NCBI GenBank assembly: GCA_020891255.1
Contig: BQFW01000006.1
Location: 930,001 to 994,000 of the forward strand
Length of the DNA: 64,000 bases
Source: Entomortierella parvispora E1425
Taxonomy: Eukaryota > Fungi > Mortierellomycota
Direction: 5' to 3'
A program made the translations under genes and the position numbers. Below are positions 62,201 through 64,000 of the stretch, piece after piece (position 1 is the stretch's first letter; each line of letters opens with the position of its first letter). Below the pieces are notes generated by a model. The model was not told the origin of the DNA. It saw only the letters and a program-made list of their open reading frames with translations, and made no database searches.

Positions 62201-63411
62201 GGTGCGGGGGAGAGCGGGTGGACAGCGCGTTCCTTGATGCGAACAGTGGGCCGGGCGACAGGAGGCGAAACGAGTCCTGGATAGATTCCCTGGTCCTTGT
62301 TTCCCATGGGATCTAGAGAAAGCAGAAGAGGAAACGACTCATTTGTTAGCAGCATAAAGAGGAGGCAGCGTGGATCCTTTTGCGATTATCTACACTCACC
62401 AGCCATGCTGAACATGGGATGCACCGTGCCTGTCCAAAGTGATGCAGAGGGTGAAAGCGGAGGTTCCTCCTGACCCTGACCCTGACCCTGACCCTTGCCC
62501 TTGCCATGATCCTGCAGCTTCAACGGCGGCCGGGCAGCGCGGTCGTTGTCGTCCGACTCCAGCTCGACATGGCCCGCGATATGGTGGTCATAGTCGATCT
62601 GCCATTGCTGCTGAGCATCCTCTGCACTGTCCTGGTCGCTTTCAGCGTGATGACCGTCGCCCTCCGAGTCGCTGGTCTGGTCCTGGACCTGGCCCACAGA
62701 CTTTATCCAGTGGCGAGCATGGTCTGCGGCCGGGGACCCAAAGACGGGGGAATGACCGTTGCTCTCGCTTCCGCTCCTGTGGCTGTGGTGATGGGGACTT
62801 AGATATTGACGTGGTTTTACTTCCTTGGAATGCAAATGGCGGTGACCCCGACCATGGAACACCGCGGGTCCTGGTGTCGCCACGGGTTGCTTTTTGAGCA
62901 ATGCTTGGAAGCTGCGTTCGATCTCTGAGGTATTGAACTGGGTCCGATGGTCAGCCATGGCGCTGCTACTTCCATTACTGCCACCGCTGTTTCGTGGGCT
63001 TGATTGAGTTGGAGGGAAAGGCGGAAGAGACGAAGGGAGGGTTGCGGGTGCTCCTCCTATTGCCGTTGTTGTTGCTGATGCTATTGCTGTGGGCGTGGTT
63101 GTTGTTGTGTCTGCGGCAGTGCCTTGAGCTGTGGAGAGAACGTTGGAGAAGGACACGGCCCTTGACAGGGCGGACTGGACAGGGGTCGAGGAGCGATGTG
63201 CAGTCGTGGGTTGCTGTGGTGACGATGGGGGTGGGCCAAAAGTGAGCTGTGATGGCGACTGGGGCAACGGTGCAGAGTGGTAGTGATGCTGTGGCGACAG
63301 GGGATGGGCATGGGCATGGGAATAGGTGCGCGATGGGGTCGCGGTGATGGAAAGGGAAGACCGAGGCTGAGGGGTGGAGGGCCGGGAGGAATCCTTTGGC
63401 GTGGTCGACAT
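59242..63411 (-). CDS. Sec7-like + PH-domain protein (Arf-GEF-like); exons 63411-62400, 62312-59242
   Basis: PH strands (HHGKILQV, KDRYLFLFSDLLLIAK) precede Sec7 helices (VAYLLFKTPELSKSQLALFL, FAGVLLDEALRILL, ILDEFTKRWYEAN, LVIAMLVLNAQLHN). A later segment reads YLFGTSSAAEKDEWARVL. The phase-1 intron 62399-62313 is GTGAGT..CTAG. Confidence 0.85.
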
Positions 63412-64000
63412 GGAGAGGATGGAGAGGAAGAGAGGGAGGAAGGGAGGGAGGAAGGAAGGAGGAAGGGAGGAAGGCGGAGAGAGGGAAGAGAGAGAGAGAG
63501 ACAGGAAACAAAGCGACAAAGCAATGAAAGAAATGAAGGGAAAGAATAGAAATGAGGAGAGGAAAAGAGGAAAAGAGGAGAAGGAGGGAAGGAAGGACAG
63601 ACCCAAAAAAGAACAGAAACGAAACGGCGGGAAAAGAAGGTCTCTGCCTTCATTTCATTTGAATTTATTGTGACTATCAGGTTGAAATGACCAAGAGAAA
63701 ATTTATTAATATGGCGCTCAGTTGTAATTGACGAGACAGAAAGCAGATTTGACCTGAGAATACTTACATAAGTTGAGAGAGAACTCAATTCCTGACATGG
63801 GATCGACTCGCGATACATGTGGAAGGTTTTGATCCAGACCTATGGTGCTGGTGTTCGTTTGGGGGTGCGACCAAAGAATGGTGCCTGTTCGCAAAAAACA
63901 TACGCAAAAGATGTTCGCAAGTCTAAAGTGTGGCGGGTGGGGGTGGAAGTTAGCTTTGGATCATCATGTGCCCATCCAAGGATCAGTGTTGATCAAACTC

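Noticed and set aside
62468-62494. (CCTGAC)n hexamer repeat resembling a telomeric repeat
   Set aside because: It encodes GQGQGQGQ in the Sec7-protein exon 1 and is not TTAGGG.
1-64000. CRISPR arrays, rRNA, intact transposases, LTRs
   Set aside because: None detected. The repeats seen are microsatellites, homopolymers or coding low-complexity repeats.

Overview
Gene-dense, intron-rich fungal genomic DNA. The Delta-6 desaturase sequence, short GT-AG introns with CTRAY branch points, and Mortierella-style low-complexity ORFs suggest Mortierellaceae; this is an inference. I assembled about 24 protein-coding loci by hand from splice signals. Most are housekeeping: MAK5, RPB5, PFD6, Delta-6 desaturase, UDP-Gal transporter, importin-beta, mitochondrial ACP, LYAR, BCKDH E1-alpha, TCD, MRPL10, PGM3-like, an MpaB-like oxygenase, CAP2, a FUSC/ALMT-like transporter, a BSD protein, PalA/RIM20 and a Sec7/PH protein. 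I saw no rRNA, tRNA or CRISPR array. The most interesting items are: (1) a frameshifted minus-strand relic at 18.2-19.3 kb that looks like a Fanzor/TnpB-family gene, inside a ~4.9 kb gene-poor patch of broken ORFs; (2) a three-exon gene, not visible as any single ORF in the track, encoding a stand-alone POT1-like OB fold, directly upstream of an orphan with seven D-x-T-[DE]-[ST]-[DE] repeats; (3) a Sec7 protein with a displaced glutamic finger that sits inside an apparently split PH domain; (4) RPB5 and PFD6, both linked to the prefoldin-like/PAQosome module, arranged head-to-head 311 bp apart; (5) a probable 64-aa microprotein gene with a 5'-UTR intron. All family assignments come from motif recall, not database searches.
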